DNA of 64,000 nucleotides, from positions 405,226 through 469,225 of the forward strand of contig JAXLTT010000001.1 of NCBI GenBank assembly GCA_046329875.1. The letters are read 5' to 3'. The notes under the pieces are model-generated. The model was not told where the DNA came from. It was given only the letters and a program-made list of their open reading frames with translations, and made no database searches. The position numbers were made by a program, and so were the translations under genes. Shown here in pieces: positions 26,531 through 37,190 of the stretch. Positions within the stretch are counted from its first letter, which is position 1, and every line of letters begins with the position of its first letter. This DNA comes from Bacteroidales bacterium (GTDB lineage: Bacteria > Bacteroidota > Bacteroidia > Bacteroidales > VadinHA17).

Positions 26531-28690
26531 TTACCTGGCTGTTATCTCTCCCTTCAGCCTCGATTCAACAGAAGACGGCCCGACGAAGAAGCTGATCTTC
26601 CCTTTTTCGAGTATGAAGGCATTTTTGCCTGTATCCCAGTACGAAAGATCTTCAGCTTTCAGAGGGATGGTTACATGAATGGTCTCCCCTTTCTTAATAA
26701 ACACCCTGCGGAAACCCTTCAATTGCTTTATTGGTCTTTCAACAGACGAGCCAGGGAAGCTTACATAAAGCTGGGCAACCTCATCACTGTCGAAATTGCC
26801 TGTATTTGTTATGTCAAATGAAACCGCAAGTGTCTCTCCTGCTTTAATAGACGCACTCCCGCTGCTAAGACCCGAGTAACTGAATGTTGTATATGTAAGG
26901 CCATACCCGAACGGGAATAATGGCTTATCCCTGAAATACATATATGTGCGCCCATTCCTTATGTTGTAATCAAGCATAGGTGGAAGCTGGTCAATTGAAC
27001 TTACCCAGGTTTGTGAAAGTCTGCCGGAGGGGCTGACTTTACCAAACAGGATATCCGACATCCCGTTTCCAAGTTCCTGGCTCGACTGGCTGACATGAAG
27101 AATTGCCGGAATATTTTCCGCAGACCAGTTGAGGGCGTAAGGGAAACTGGATACCACTATAAGTACAGTTTTCGGGTTTGCCTTAAACACAAGCTTTACA
27201 AGGTCTTCCTGTTCAAGTGATATAGACTGCCTGTCTACATCCTCCCGTCCGTCACTTGCTACATAATTTTCACCCCATCCGAGCCCGTGGCTGAGGGGAT
27301 GATTTCCTACACATACAATTGCGATATCACTTTCCCGGGCAGCAATTATTGCTGAATCGGCCTTGTTGCTATTTGCGTACCGTACCAAAACATTTGTTCC
27401 CTTCAATGAATTGATAATACCTTTCAGGATACTGACTGAATATGGAGGCGTTCCACCATACCAGTCAGGGATTACATTGTTTGATGATGGCCCGATCACA
27501 GCAACAGATTTTATCTTGCCGGCATCGAGAGGTAACAGTCCCTTATCGTTTTTCATAAGTACTATTGACCTGGCAGTAGCTTCTCTTACAAGGCTGGAGG
27601 CTTCAGGTTTCCTCCATGGGGCAATAGTATCAGTAATGCCAATCCCTGAGTATGGATTTTTATCAGAATCATCAAGCAGTCCAAGTTTCAGCAGAACCCT
27701 CAGGTTACCATAAATTGCATCATCAACCTGTTTTTCAGTGACAAGACCTTTGTCGAATGCACCTTTTACTGCTGATCTGTAATCATCAAGAAACATTGTG
27801 ATTCCAGCTTTAATACATTCTGCCGCTGCGAGCTCTTTGGAAGGGTAAAACCTGTGTGCTGAGAGAAGCAGGTTAAACGCTCCTCCATCAGTACAAACTA
27901 TGCCCCTCAGGCCCCAGTCTTTCATTGTCACATCCCTTATTACAGGATGAACAATACATGGAATGCCGTTATACTTGTTATATGCAGTCATATAGCACTG
28001 TGATCCTCCTTCGGTAACACCCTTGTAAAATGCCCAGGAATAGTATTCCCTGAAAAGCCTGTCATCAAAATCCGAGCTGTTAATGAACCTGTTATTTTCA
28101 TTGCTGTTAGCAAGGAAATGCTTCATAAGTGAAGCTGTTTTCCAGTAAACCGGATCGCTTCCCTGCAGACCTTTTACGTACGATGCTGCCATTTCCCCAT
28201 TCAGGAAAGGATCCTCCCCGTAACACTCCTCGGTCCTGCCCCAACGTATATCCCGACCCATATCAGCATTGGGTGCGAATACTATCAATCCTGCTGTCTG
28301 GTAATTCCTGTTCTGAGCCAGGTATCTGCATTCCGTTGCCTCCCATGAGGCTATCTTCCTCAGCATTGCAGTGTCCCACATTTCAGCCAGTCCGATCGGC
28401 TGGGGGAAAGATGTGGTTACTGATGCTTTCGGTCCCTTTACTGCCCAGTTTGCCGGACCGCTGTATGCAAGCCCGTGAAGCCCTTCAATTACATGCGTCC
28501 CGGTTACACCAAGCCTGGGTATTGAGATCATTGGAGAGAGACAGTTTATTTTCTCCTCCACCGTCATCAGTGATATAAGGTTCTTTAACCTGGTTTCTTC
28601 AGAAAGCCTGGTATCACGGAAAGGATAGGTCTGGCTGTTACCTGCATGGAATAACATTCCAAACAGGAAGATCAGGGTTAATCGTTTCAC
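26531..28690 (-). CDS. glycoside hydrolase family 3 (beta-glucosidase / beta-xylosidase type)
   Basis: GRDIRWGRTEECYGEDPFL and a C-terminal Fn3-like domain. The ORF track begins at ATG 28741, which overlaps the upstream gene by 31 nt. GTG 28690 gives a canonical signal peptide, MKRLTLIFLFGMLFHAGNSQ, and I prefer it. Confidence 0.85.
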   Translation of the reverse strand: MKRLTLIFLFGMLFHAGNSQTYPFRDTRLSEETRLKNLISLMTVEEKINCLSPMISIPRLGVTGTHVIEGLHGLAYSGPANWAVKGPKASVTTSFPQPIGLAEMWDTAMLRKIASWEATECRYLAQNRNYQTAGLIVFAPNADMGRDIRWGRTEECYGEDPFLNGEMAASYVKGLQGSDPVYWKTASLMKHFLANSNENNRFINSSDFDDRLFREYYSWAFYKGVTEGGSQCYMTAYNKYNGIPCIVHPVIRDVTMKDWGLRGIVCTDGGAFNLLLSAHRFYPSKELAAAECIKAGITMFLDDYRSAVKGAFDKGLVTEKQVDDAIYGNLRVLLKLGLLDDSDKNPYSGIGITDTIAPWRKPEASSLVREATARSIVLMKNDKGLLPLDAGKIKSVAVIGPSSNNVIPDWYGGTPPYSVSILKGIINSLKGTNVLVRYANSNKADSAIIAARESDIAIVCVGNHPLSHGLGWGENYVASDGREDVDRQSISLEQEDLVKLVFKANPKTVLIVVSSFPYALNWSAENIPAILHVSQSSQELGNGMSDILFGKVSPSGRLSQTWVSSIDQLPPMLDYNIRNGRTYMYFRDKPLFPFGYGLTYTTFSYSGLSSGSASIKAGETLAVSFDITNTGNFDSDEVAQLYVSFPGSSVERPIKQLKGFRRVFIKKGETIHVTIPLKAEDLSYWDTGKNAFILEKGKISFFVGPSSVESRLKGEITAR

Positions 28691-28710
28691 GGCTGTATTT
28701 ATTTTAATGT

Positions 28711-29433
28711 TCAGAAAATATACGCTAAACCAATATTCCATTGAAATTTCGGAGCAGGTAGCATGTTTGTTGTCACAGGTATGTTCGCCTGCGTATAAAG
28801 GGCAAGGGGAAATTTATTCCTCGTAAAAGTCAGCTTTGGTGAAATAAAAAAACCATCATTGTTTGCCGTGTATTGAAGCATGAAGATTTGTAGTGATGCC
28901 GCAAGCCTGAACTCATCACCGGCGTTTATATCTGTCTTCTCTATGAAGAGGTTAAAATAGTGCCCGTTAATTGTACCGGGTTCCTGCCCGTTGTCGTTCC
29001 AGTACATAAGCCAGATATTTGTATTCCCGGGCAATGTGAATATCCCGGCTATTTCACCGGTAAGATACCTGTCACCATTGAGGAATTTCTCGCCCGAGAC
29101 TGTCTTCTCCATGAAAAACATACTGAAATTCACCCCGGTTCTGAGTTTGAAAACAGGTTTCCGGACAAGGTAAATATGAAACCAGTTATCAACATACCAT
29201 GGTTTTGCATCAAAGGCATAGGCCAGTCCGGGCTCATAATTAAACCATCCTTTTGAAATGCTTAGATTGGCAATGGCTGCCGCTTTACCAAGTGAAAATG
29301 CCGGTATAGGGTTTATGCCGTTGCTGTTAATGCTGAATGATCCTGAAAAGGTCCATTTATTAACTTGTACATTTTCCTGACTGAATCCATCCAGGGATAC
29401 AAGCAGAAGAACAAAAAATAGGATACGTCTCAT
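28711..29433 (-). CDS. small outer-membrane beta-barrel-like hypothetical protein
   Basis: Signal peptide, alternating aromatic/hydrophilic pattern, and a C-terminal aromatic residue (GLAYIF). Confidence 0.5.
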   Translation of the reverse strand: MRRILFFVLLLVSLDGFSQENVQVNKWTFSGSFSINSNGINPIPAFSLGKAAAIANLSISKGWFNYEPGLAYAFDAKPWYVDNWFHIYLVRKPVFKLRTGVNFSMFFMEKTVSGEKFLNGDRYLTGEIAGIFTLPGNTNIWLMYWNDNGQEPGTINGHYFNLFIEKTDINAGDEFRLAASLQIFMLQYTANNDGFFISPKLTFTRNKFPLALYTQANIPVTTNMLPAPKFQWNIGLAYIF

Positions 29434-29452
29434 TAATTCTTATTATAAACAG

Positions 29453-31033
29453 TTATGCCATCCATGGCCTTTGCCTGACCTGGTTCCTGGTAAGTGCATC
29501 AAGCGCAATATTCACATCTTCAACTATCTGGAAATCATACATGCCAAGGCAAACAAAATCGGCGCCATTTGAGAAAGCATAGTTGAGCCCGACTTCGGGA
29601 ATAATTGCTCCCGCTGCAAGTACCTTGAATGCTATCCATGGCTCCTTAAGTGTACCCATAAACCTGATTGTCTCCTCAGGATCATAATCGAACATATTAT
29701 CGAGCCATTGTTCACCCGGCCTTGCTGACCAGTAATTATGACTATGGCATGTCTTGACCCAGAAGTCTGGTTTCAGTCCGTATTCAACACATTTCTTAAT
29801 TGCCTCAATACGGTGTGCACCGATCCCTGCAGGCTTACCATGGCTCCTTATCTCCTCCAGCCCTTTTCTGATTAGCTCCATTCGTTGTTCAAGCGTCCGT
29901 TTGAGAGGATCGTCCCATTTTTCGTTTGTCCACCTGTCGGTTATCTCACCCTGGCAGTAAAGTGCATCAGAATTAACCGCGAGTGACATAGCAATCCCTT
30001 TCTGAAAGTCAAGGGCGATACCGCAATCGGAAATGAACTTCATTTTCCCACCGAATTCATGCTTGTATTTCTGGTGAATCCGCCCTAGCTGGGGATTAGT
30101 GATTATTGCATTGATCCCGCAGGCTTCTGCGAGAGCAAGGGTCTGCATCACTTTTTCATCAGTATGATATGTTTTTACAAGCTTCGATACATAAATAAGA
30201 TCTCGCGAATGTGCCCAGCCACCGATAAGATTTCCACCTGCAATTATCCTGCTTAGTTCAAACTTAGCAGGATTTCCGTCTTTTCCCGTATAATTTATTG
30301 TGGTCACCGGGACTTTGCCTTTAAGGTCCTTCAATGAAGAATAATTGAATTTAAGAAGTGTCGCTCCTGAATTTGCATCAACACCCTGCACTTTAAGAAG
30401 TTTTTCTTCAAAGCTGTCCCACTTTCTTTTCCTGTAAAGGGCGTAAGCGAACAGGCCAACTGCCGGTACCGTTATCATGTCGCGTAAGAGTTCCCTTCTT
30501 CCGTTATTACCTTTTTCAATATCCTCAGAAGGGACAGGCTTGTGAATTTTAGATTCCCTGTATCGTTTCAGCAGCCTGTCAGTTCCAAAGTGGAAGTCAA
30601 CCGGAAGGAAGATGAATCCAAGAAGCATTATCAGTTCTATCAAAGTCTTGTTTACCCAGAGATAGCTGCCTTCAACAGGTACACCAATTGTGTATCCAGG
30701 GATTGGAGGATATGCTGCAAAATAAAACAGGAGCAGTAGGGCTCCGGCAGCACTCGCCCATCTTGTAAGGAAGCCGGCCATAAGACCGATTCCGATAAAA
30801 ATCAGGCCCCATACATTCATGAAATCCACCACCGAACATATGGCGGTACTACCTGACATCCAGTGGAAAAGCGGGGCAAAAATCCATTTTGACCCTGCAA
30901 GGTAAGGAGCAGAACTCCAGCCGGTTATTAATAACTTTGAAATACCTTCATAGAGAAAGTGCCAGCCTATGGCTATCCTGACAAAAGTAAAAAGCCATTT
31001 TGATGACTGCCTGATTCCTTGTTTTATTTCCAT
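29453..31033 (-). CDS. DoxX-family membrane domain fused to an uncharacterised TIM-barrel (AKR-like) domain
   Basis: The N-terminal ~160 aa has four TM helices with VRIAIGWHFLYEGISKL (DoxX-like). Next comes GRRELLRDMITVPAVGLFAYAL, a twin-arginine-like anchor. The following ~330-aa domain has LSRIIAGGNLIGGWAH...LALAEACGINAIITN, which resembles AKR barrel starts. Confidence 0.55.
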   Translation of the reverse strand: MEIKQGIRQSSKWLFTFVRIAIGWHFLYEGISKLLITGWSSAPYLAGSKWIFAPLFHWMSGSTAICSVVDFMNVWGLIFIGIGLMAGFLTRWASAAGALLLLFYFAAYPPIPGYTIGVPVEGSYLWVNKTLIELIMLLGFIFLPVDFHFGTDRLLKRYRESKIHKPVPSEDIEKGNNGRRELLRDMITVPAVGLFAYALYRKRKWDSFEEKLLKVQGVDANSGATLLKFNYSSLKDLKGKVPVTTINYTGKDGNPAKFELSRIIAGGNLIGGWAHSRDLIYVSKLVKTYHTDEKVMQTLALAEACGINAIITNPQLGRIHQKYKHEFGGKMKFISDCGIALDFQKGIAMSLAVNSDALYCQGEITDRWTNEKWDDPLKRTLEQRMELIRKGLEEIRSHGKPAGIGAHRIEAIKKCVEYGLKPDFWVKTCHSHNYWSARPGEQWLDNMFDYDPEETIRFMGTLKEPWIAFKVLAAGAIIPEVGLNYAFSNGADFVCLGMYDFQIVEDVNIALDALTRNQVRQRPWMA

Positions 31034-31138
31034 GGTAAAATGTTAATACTGATTGTCATAAAAATACAAATCTCTTCAATATCTTATCTGTTACAATTGA
31101 ATGACACTGTCGCAATTATTCCAGTTTACCCGCTTCAT

Positions 31139-33157
31139 TCAGAATATTTCAATTACTGAATGAATGGCAAGTGAAGGAACAGAGAAGCTCGTCATCCCAT
31201 CCCTGTAGGTGAATTCAAGTTCCTTTCCATCGGGTTGAAGGATAACCTTAACCGGATCTTTCCCTGTTTTTACTTTAACTGAAATGGCATTTAGTGAAGG
31301 TATCTCATCATAACCGATTGTGGATCGACCGTCCACATCACCCGATACATTAACAAGGTTTAAGTACAACCTGGAATTGAGAGAATTCAAAGAAATATGT
31401 ACAAGGTGTGAGCTTGAGACTATTACTTTCCTGGCTGTAAAAAGCTGGTCCATGACACCGGCAATAAAATCCCTTATTATAAATGACCTATAATCAGAGT
31501 ATGCTTCCCCTGCATCGAAATATATCGCTGCAGCTTTTCCGCTGCCATACCTGTTCATTGTTGCAGACGGATATGGACTTGCTTTCGTAAAATCACGCCC
31601 GGTATAAAATTCTGATATTGGCTGGCAATCCTTATCCGGAACTGTCTCAAGCACTGAAGACCTTATTGTACCGAATCTTCCTGACGCTGAAATATATGCT
31701 TCACCAACATCACGTGCAATAACAGGCTTAATCCCGAGTATATCGCTGAATAAGGAAGCTGTTTCATGGCCTATCACAAGAAGGTTTCCTCCATTCTTTA
31801 CATAATCATGAAGTTCCTTCATAAGTTCGGGTTGCAGCCAGTTGCATTCAGGCACAACGATAACAGGGTAGTCTCCGGTATGCCCTGCCAGGCTGTGCTC
31901 CATCAATATTTCAACAGGCAACTGGCAGTCGAGAAGTGAGTAAAGTGCTCCCTGGAGTTTTGAAGTAGACCAGGAGTAAGGTACGGTTGAAGTACGACTG
32001 TAGTAGCCTGAAGGATAGAGAAGTGCAACCTGGTGGATTTGGGTAGCCTTGTGGCAGTATGGTTGTCTCGCCCTGCAGAACCCGGCTATATCAGCCAGCA
32101 TAGGTGCAAGCCATGGTTTAATAGAGAGATCGTTGTTCTGCTGGAAATAAAATTGCACCCCTCCTCCCATAGAAATAATCTCAGCAGCTTCCTGCTTAAG
32201 CTGAACTGCAGACTTAATGCTCATCGGCATTTTTCCTCCATCCCATGAAAATCCCCAGGCCATCAGATCCCAGGGTTTACCCTGTGGCGCTATGCACCTT
32301 GCCTCGAAGGCTGACCTGTAAACGCCATTTTGTGGCGTCACATCTCCTGAAATGAAATCAACATTTATTTCAGGCTTTTCAGGCATCAGGGACGAGTAAG
32401 CCCAGTTGCTTGTGATCTGGAATGAAGGATTGAATTCATGTATAGCATTTATATATTTCTTCAGGTGATCCCTGAAAAGTGAACGGGTAAACTCCATATA
32501 TTCGGGCCAGTACCTGTCTCCGGGCTTTTTTGGTATTTCCGTAATCCCGGTGACTGCAGTAAATCTTCTGACCGATTCAGCACCAAAATCTGGTTCCACG
32601 GCCCAGCACTCACCGTCAATCCATGCACCATCGACCCCGTAAACACTGCTGAGTTCCTTAAGCTGGGGTATCATAAGGCTATCGAGATACGGGCTGAAAA
32701 AGGATGTTTTTGACTGGCTCCTCCTGCCATCAGCCCTGATAATATCCCATGATGGATGAAGTGCCACAGCCTTGCTGTCCCACACCCCGGAATAATGCAT
32801 ATAGAGAGCCACGTTATTGGACCGGGTTACTTCCCTGAATAGTTTAAGCGGATCTTTTGCGAAACCTTTAACATGATTTCCGGCAATTGTAGGGTAGCTG
32901 GATATACCCGGATGTCCCTTGCAATCGATCTGAATAAAATCGGGCCTGACCTTTTTCAGGAAGGTATCAACCATATCCCGGGTAAGGGTCTTTCCTGCAT
33001 CTGTGATATCTTCACTCGCATGAAGGTCGAAGTGAACCCCGAAAAATGAATCACTTCGCTTAAGTATCTGACTATTTCTTTTTTCCTGCGGGAATGCTGT
33101 GAACCCGATCAGTAGAAGAAATAATGTTATCAATAAATTTCTCTTAACCGTTTTCAT
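31139..33157 (-). CDS. putative glycoside hydrolase, GH42-like / GHL architecture
   Basis: Signal peptide. A TIM-barrel-like N-terminal half (FGVHFDLH, IQIDCKGHPG, GVDGAWIDGECW) and a middle segment YPVIVVPECNWL...GGNLLVIGH resembling the GATase-like trimerisation domain of GH42 enzymes. Confidence 0.4.
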   Translation of the reverse strand: MKTVKRNLLITLFLLLIGFTAFPQEKRNSQILKRSDSFFGVHFDLHASEDITDAGKTLTRDMVDTFLKKVRPDFIQIDCKGHPGISSYPTIAGNHVKGFAKDPLKLFREVTRSNNVALYMHYSGVWDSKAVALHPSWDIIRADGRRSQSKTSFFSPYLDSLMIPQLKELSSVYGVDGAWIDGECWAVEPDFGAESVRRFTAVTGITEIPKKPGDRYWPEYMEFTRSLFRDHLKKYINAIHEFNPSFQITSNWAYSSLMPEKPEINVDFISGDVTPQNGVYRSAFEARCIAPQGKPWDLMAWGFSWDGGKMPMSIKSAVQLKQEAAEIISMGGGVQFYFQQNNDLSIKPWLAPMLADIAGFCRARQPYCHKATQIHQVALLYPSGYYSRTSTVPYSWSTSKLQGALYSLLDCQLPVEILMEHSLAGHTGDYPVIVVPECNWLQPELMKELHDYVKNGGNLLVIGHETASLFSDILGIKPVIARDVGEAYISASGRFGTIRSSVLETVPDKDCQPISEFYTGRDFTKASPYPSATMNRYGSGKAAAIYFDAGEAYSDYRSFIIRDFIAGVMDQLFTARKVIVSSSHLVHISLNSLNSRLYLNLVNVSGDVDGRSTIGYDEIPSLNAISVKVKTGKDPVKVILQPDGKELEFTYRDGMTSFSVPSLAIHSVIEIF

Positions 33158-34641
33158 TTAGTCTCTGCCTTCCTGCCTTTTGCATCGATTACACGTACCT
33201 GGTATTCGTGTATCATTTTATCAGTAACATCATCATTGAAACTGAACGGTTCTTCGGAAATCTGCGGGGTAAATGGAAGCTCACCAATCTTTGATCCGTC
33301 GCGCAGGATCTCATACCTGATAATCGGGGCATCCCCTGCATATGCAGTATTCCATTTAATCGTTGCCCTTCTGAATCCGTTTCCACCTCCATGATCCACC
33401 TTAATGAAATCAGGAGCAGTAAGCTGTACTGGTCCGGTCTGGAAGTAGTTGGTCTTTCCATTCTTTATCCTTGCAGCCATATTCTCAATTGATATTCGTT
33501 CTTCCTGCGACAATCCTGTGGGGCTTACCTGGGCTGCTTCAAGATTATTCTCGAGCTGGCAATTGTTCTTATCCCTGCTTATCTGTCCTATTCCGACAAT
33601 AACAGTGTGAACACCCGGTGTGGTAAGTGAATACTTAATGAAGGGGGCACTCGGGAAATCCTGGCTGCCGACAGTTCTGACAACATGCCCGGGATTTTCA
33701 GACCATTCGGCCGGCTTGGTATACATTGCACCGTCCGCAAAAACCTTCATCCCGATCACTCCCATATTCTTTGCTGCTGCGAGTGGTATTACGTTATGCT
33801 GCATATTGAACATCTGCTTGTCGTTGGCATTGATTGCAACAAGCATCGCATCAAGCAGGTTAGTTGTGTCGCGTCTGATCATGTACATATTTACAGATGG
33901 ATCAAAGTGGCCGGAAAAGCCTATATGCCTGATTAGTTTTTCATTGCCGGGATTGAGTCCTGTAAGGTTCGTACCATCCCGGTAATCCCTCAGGGCAGCC
34001 AGCGCTCCAATCCTTTCAGCACCTGGATCTGTATTGTCGAGACCTTCATAAAGTGCATCGACCTCCTCTCTTGTATTAAGATTATGGATAAGTACCATAT
34101 CTAGATAGGAACCTTTCGGGTAATTGCCCTTACCATCTCCGAACATAAGGGAGAGCGATCTGTGAACATCGTCAATTGTATGTGTGCCAGGTTCCCCGTT
34201 TGTCCAGTTGTTTACACCTCTTATATCTCCACCCCCCTTTGCAAATCTGAGGTGAGTCTTAGTGGTAAGGAAAAATGAGCTCCGAAGTTTCTCATCATAT
34301 ATCGGTCGGCCCGGCACCAGGTTAAGAAGCTGAAAAGCCTTTCCAAAATTGGCCTGGCTTGGTCCGTAAAGGTTAGATGTGTCAAAATAATTGATTCCCA
34401 GCTTAAAAGCCTTCAGAATTATTTCAACTGGATCTACATCCGGAGGTGTCCACTGAAGTGATGCCTGCCCGCCAAGGCCCAGGGTCGTCACTTCAAAGCC
34501 AAGCTTTCCGAATGTTCTTTTCATTGGTGAAGGTGCAACACTGCATCCTGATACGATTGAAGGTCCAATTGCAGCAGCTGCTGTTGCCATGGCAGTGGTC
34601 TGAATAAACCTTCTGCGATCCATGAGACTTTTCACTTTCAT
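33154..34641 (-). CDS. aldo/keto reductase with twin-arginine signal and C-terminal Fn3-like tail
   Basis: DRRRFIQTTAMATAAAAIG TAT motif. LGLGG...GINYFDTSNLYG AKR signature. Its stop overlaps the downstream start (ATGA). Confidence 0.8.
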   Translation of the reverse strand: MKVKSLMDRRRFIQTTAMATAAAAIGPSIVSGCSVAPSPMKRTFGKLGFEVTTLGLGGQASLQWTPPDVDPVEIILKAFKLGINYFDTSNLYGPSQANFGKAFQLLNLVPGRPIYDEKLRSSFFLTTKTHLRFAKGGGDIRGVNNWTNGEPGTHTIDDVHRSLSLMFGDGKGNYPKGSYLDMVLIHNLNTREEVDALYEGLDNTDPGAERIGALAALRDYRDGTNLTGLNPGNEKLIRHIGFSGHFDPSVNMYMIRRDTTNLLDAMLVAINANDKQMFNMQHNVIPLAAAKNMGVIGMKVFADGAMYTKPAEWSENPGHVVRTVGSQDFPSAPFIKYSLTTPGVHTVIVGIGQISRDKNNCQLENNLEAAQVSPTGLSQEERISIENMAARIKNGKTNYFQTGPVQLTAPDFIKVDHGGGNGFRRATIKWNTAYAGDAPIIRYEILRDGSKIGELPFTPQISEEPFSFNDDVTDKMIHEYQVRVIDAKGRKAETK

Positions 34642-34779
34642 AATGATTAGATTGACTGTTATTACATTCCAGTGCCAATAAATTTAATAAAACCATATAA
34701 ATAAAATATTAAATTGCATGTAAACTTAATATCAGTGACCTCTTATCTAAACCAGGTAATAAAAAAAACCAGCATTAAT

Positions 34780-35727
34780 ATGAAGAGCATTTTTTCAATT
34801 TCACTGCTTCTGTTTTTAGCAACTGAAATTTTCGCGCAGGAGTACCATATACCCCTTTATAAGGGAGTAATACCAAATTCAAAAGAAACCGGGCAGAAGG
34901 AACAGGTTCAGAAAGCCGATATTAGGGTAATAAGCAACGTTCAGGTACCTGATATCGCGGTATACCTACCTGTAAAAAAATATGCAACCGGACAGGCTGT
35001 TGTAATATGCCCTGGGGGCGGGTACTGGATCCTTGCTTACGATCTTGAAGGAACTGATATTGCGAGGTACCTCAATTCTATTGGTATCGCAGCAATTGTA
35101 CTTAAATACCGTCTTCCTACCTATGGCAATGTCGTGGAACCACACAAAGCCCCTTTGATGGATGCACAGAGAGCAATAAGGCTAACAAGATTCAATTCAT
35201 CGAAGTGGAATATTGATCCGGACAAAATAGGAATTATGGGTTTTTCTGCGGGAGGACATCTGGCTTCGACTGCGGGTACTCATTTTGATTACGGCAACAA
35301 ATCGTCAGCTGATTCAGTTGAAAGGATGAGTTGCAGACCTGATTTTATGATATTGATGTACCCTGTAATAAGTTTTACTGATTCTTCAATGCACAGGGGA
35401 TCAAGGGATGCACTTCTTGGTAAAAATCCGGATCCAGCCCTGGTAAAATATTACTCAAGCGAACTTCAGGTAAAGGAAGATACACCTCCGGCTTTCATTA
35501 TCAATGCTGAGAATGATTCCACGGTTCCTGTTAAGAACTCCCTGCTCATGTACCAGGCACTCCATGACAAGAAAATACCTGTTGAACTTCATATTATTTC
35601 AGAAGGCGATCATGGCTTCGGTCTCGGTGGAAAAAATGAGCATGTGGGACTCTGGACTGAAAATCTAAAAAGATGGCTTGAATGGATAAACATTAGCAAA
35701 ACCACCAATAAGAATATTATAAAATGA
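34780..35727 (+). CDS. alpha/beta-hydrolase carbohydrate esterase
   Basis: The ORF track begins at TTG 34714. ATG 34780 gives the signal peptide [26 protein letters not shown] oxyanion region, [10 protein letters not shown] nucleophile elbow, and DHGFG. Confidence 0.8.
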   Translation: MKSIFSISLLLFLATEIFAQEYHIPLYKGVIPNSKETGQKEQVQKADIRVISNVQVPDIAVYLPVKKYATGQAVVICPGGGYWILAYDLEGTDIARYLNSIGIAAIVLKYRLPTYGNVVEPHKAPLMDAQRAIRLTRFNSSKWNIDPDKIGIMGFSAGGHLASTAGTHFDYGNKSSADSVERMSCRPDFMILMYPVISFTDSSMHRGSRDALLGKNPDPALVKYYSSELQVKEDTPPAFIINAENDSTVPVKNSLLMYQALHDKKIPVELHIISEGDHGFGLGGKNEHVGLWTENLKRWLEWINISKTTNKNIIK

Positions 35728-37148
35728 GACTTATACTAGTATCACTGATCAGCCTGCTAATTACAGGCCTGCTGTCAGCACAGGACAAAGCCTGGAACGG
35801 GCCATCTGTTGACCTGAGGCATGGCAGGCTTAAGGTATCTGAGAACAGTCATTTCCTTGTTTTCGAAGATGGTACCCCCTTCTTCTATCTTGGCGATACA
35901 GGTTGGGAACTTTTTCACAGGCTCACTAAGGATGAAAGTGAAAAGTATCTTGAGAATCGCCGTTCGAAAGGTTTTACTGTTATCCAGGCTGTTGTACTGG
36001 CTGAATTAGACGGGCTGAATACTCCAAATGCAGAGGGCAACACGCCGCTGCTGGGTAACGATCCAATGACTCCCAATGAGGCATACTTCCAGCATGTGGA
36101 CTGGGTTGTCAGGAAGGCAGCAGAAAAAGGCATATTCATAGGCATGCTTCCAACCTGGGGGGATAAATGGAACAGGAAATGGGGTGTCGGGCCTCAGATC
36201 TTCACACCAGAAAATGCCAGGTCATATGGAAAGTATCTTGGTAAAAGATACAGGAATGATCCGAATATAATCTGGATACTTGGCGGTGACAGGCCAATTG
36301 AAAAAGAGCTGCATCTTCAGATAATTGAAGCAATGGCAGAAGGACTACGGGAGGGTGATGGTGGTACACATCTTATAAGCTTTCACCCCACCGGCGGAGA
36401 AGGATCTTCCCAGAATCTGTATAACGAAAAATGGCTCGATTTCAACATGCGGCAGAATGGCCATAGCCCGAGCTTTACCGAGAGATACTACCAGACATCT
36501 GAAGATTATATGCTGCAGCCACCAAAGCCAGTGATTGATGCGGAACCAATCTATGAGGATCATCCTGTAAATTTCAATGCCGAGGCAAACGGCCATTCTA
36601 TTGCTTCTGATGTCAGGAAACCCCTTTACTGGGACCTTTTCAGCGGGGCATTTGGTCATACATATGGAAACCATGCAATATGGCAGATGTATGCACCTTC
36701 ACGGGAACCAATAAACAGGCCACTTATGCCCTGGTATGAAGCAATTGACCAGCCAGGGGCTTTCCAGATGACATATGGAAGGAGACTGCTTGAGTCGCGT
36801 CCTTTCCTGACAAGGATTCCCGACAATTCGATTATAGTTCCGGATAAGGTAACCACCTCTGTCCCGGGAGCAGGTGCTTACCGGTTTGTTGCAACACGCG
36901 ACAGTGAAGGATCATATGCAATGGTTTATGTTCCTGCAGGAAGGAAGTTTACAGTAAGGATGGATGCAATTAAAGGCAAGAGTGTTACAGCATGGTGGTT
37001 CAATCCGCGGAACGGTTCAGCTACACGCATTGGTTCATTCCAGAATACAGGCAATATGACATTCACCCCACCCAACCCTGGGGAAAACCTCGACTGGATA
37101 CTTGTTCTCGATGACGCGTCGAGGAACTTCGGAGAACCCGGAAAATAA
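35724..37148 (+). CDS. DUF4038 / glycoside hydrolase family 140-like protein
   Basis: Signal peptide. [25 protein letters not shown], the typical GH140 / DUF4038 N-terminus. Overlaps the esterase stop by 4 nt. Confidence 0.6.
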   Translation: MRLILVSLISLLITGLLSAQDKAWNGPSVDLRHGRLKVSENSHFLVFEDGTPFFYLGDTGWELFHRLTKDESEKYLENRRSKGFTVIQAVVLAELDGLNTPNAEGNTPLLGNDPMTPNEAYFQHVDWVVRKAAEKGIFIGMLPTWGDKWNRKWGVGPQIFTPENARSYGKYLGKRYRNDPNIIWILGGDRPIEKELHLQIIEAMAEGLREGDGGTHLISFHPTGGEGSSQNLYNEKWLDFNMRQNGHSPSFTERYYQTSEDYMLQPPKPVIDAEPIYEDHPVNFNAEANGHSIASDVRKPLYWDLFSGAFGHTYGNHAIWQMYAPSREPINRPLMPWYEAIDQPGAFQMTYGRRLLESRPFLTRIPDNSIIVPDKVTTSVPGAGAYRFVATRDSEGSYAMVYVPAGRKFTVRMDAIKGKSVTAWWFNPRNGSATRIGSFQNTGNMTFTPPNPGENLDWILVLDDASRNFGEPGK

Positions 37149-37175
37149 AAGAGGGTGATCTTCAATCACCCTCTT
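37149..37175. terminator. hairpin terminator between convergent genes
   Basis: Perfect 11-bp stem AAGAGGGTGAT / ATCACCCTCTT with loop CTTCA, starting directly after the GH140-like stop. Confidence 0.55.
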
Positions 37176-37190
37176 TCTATAAGATTAAAT

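Noticed and set aside
28691-28741. ATG 28741 as the start of the GH3 gene.
   Set aside because: It would overlap the upstream gene by 31 nt and put 17 odd residues in front of the signal peptide. GTG 28690 gives MKRLTLIFLF.... This is not proven, and both starts remain possible.
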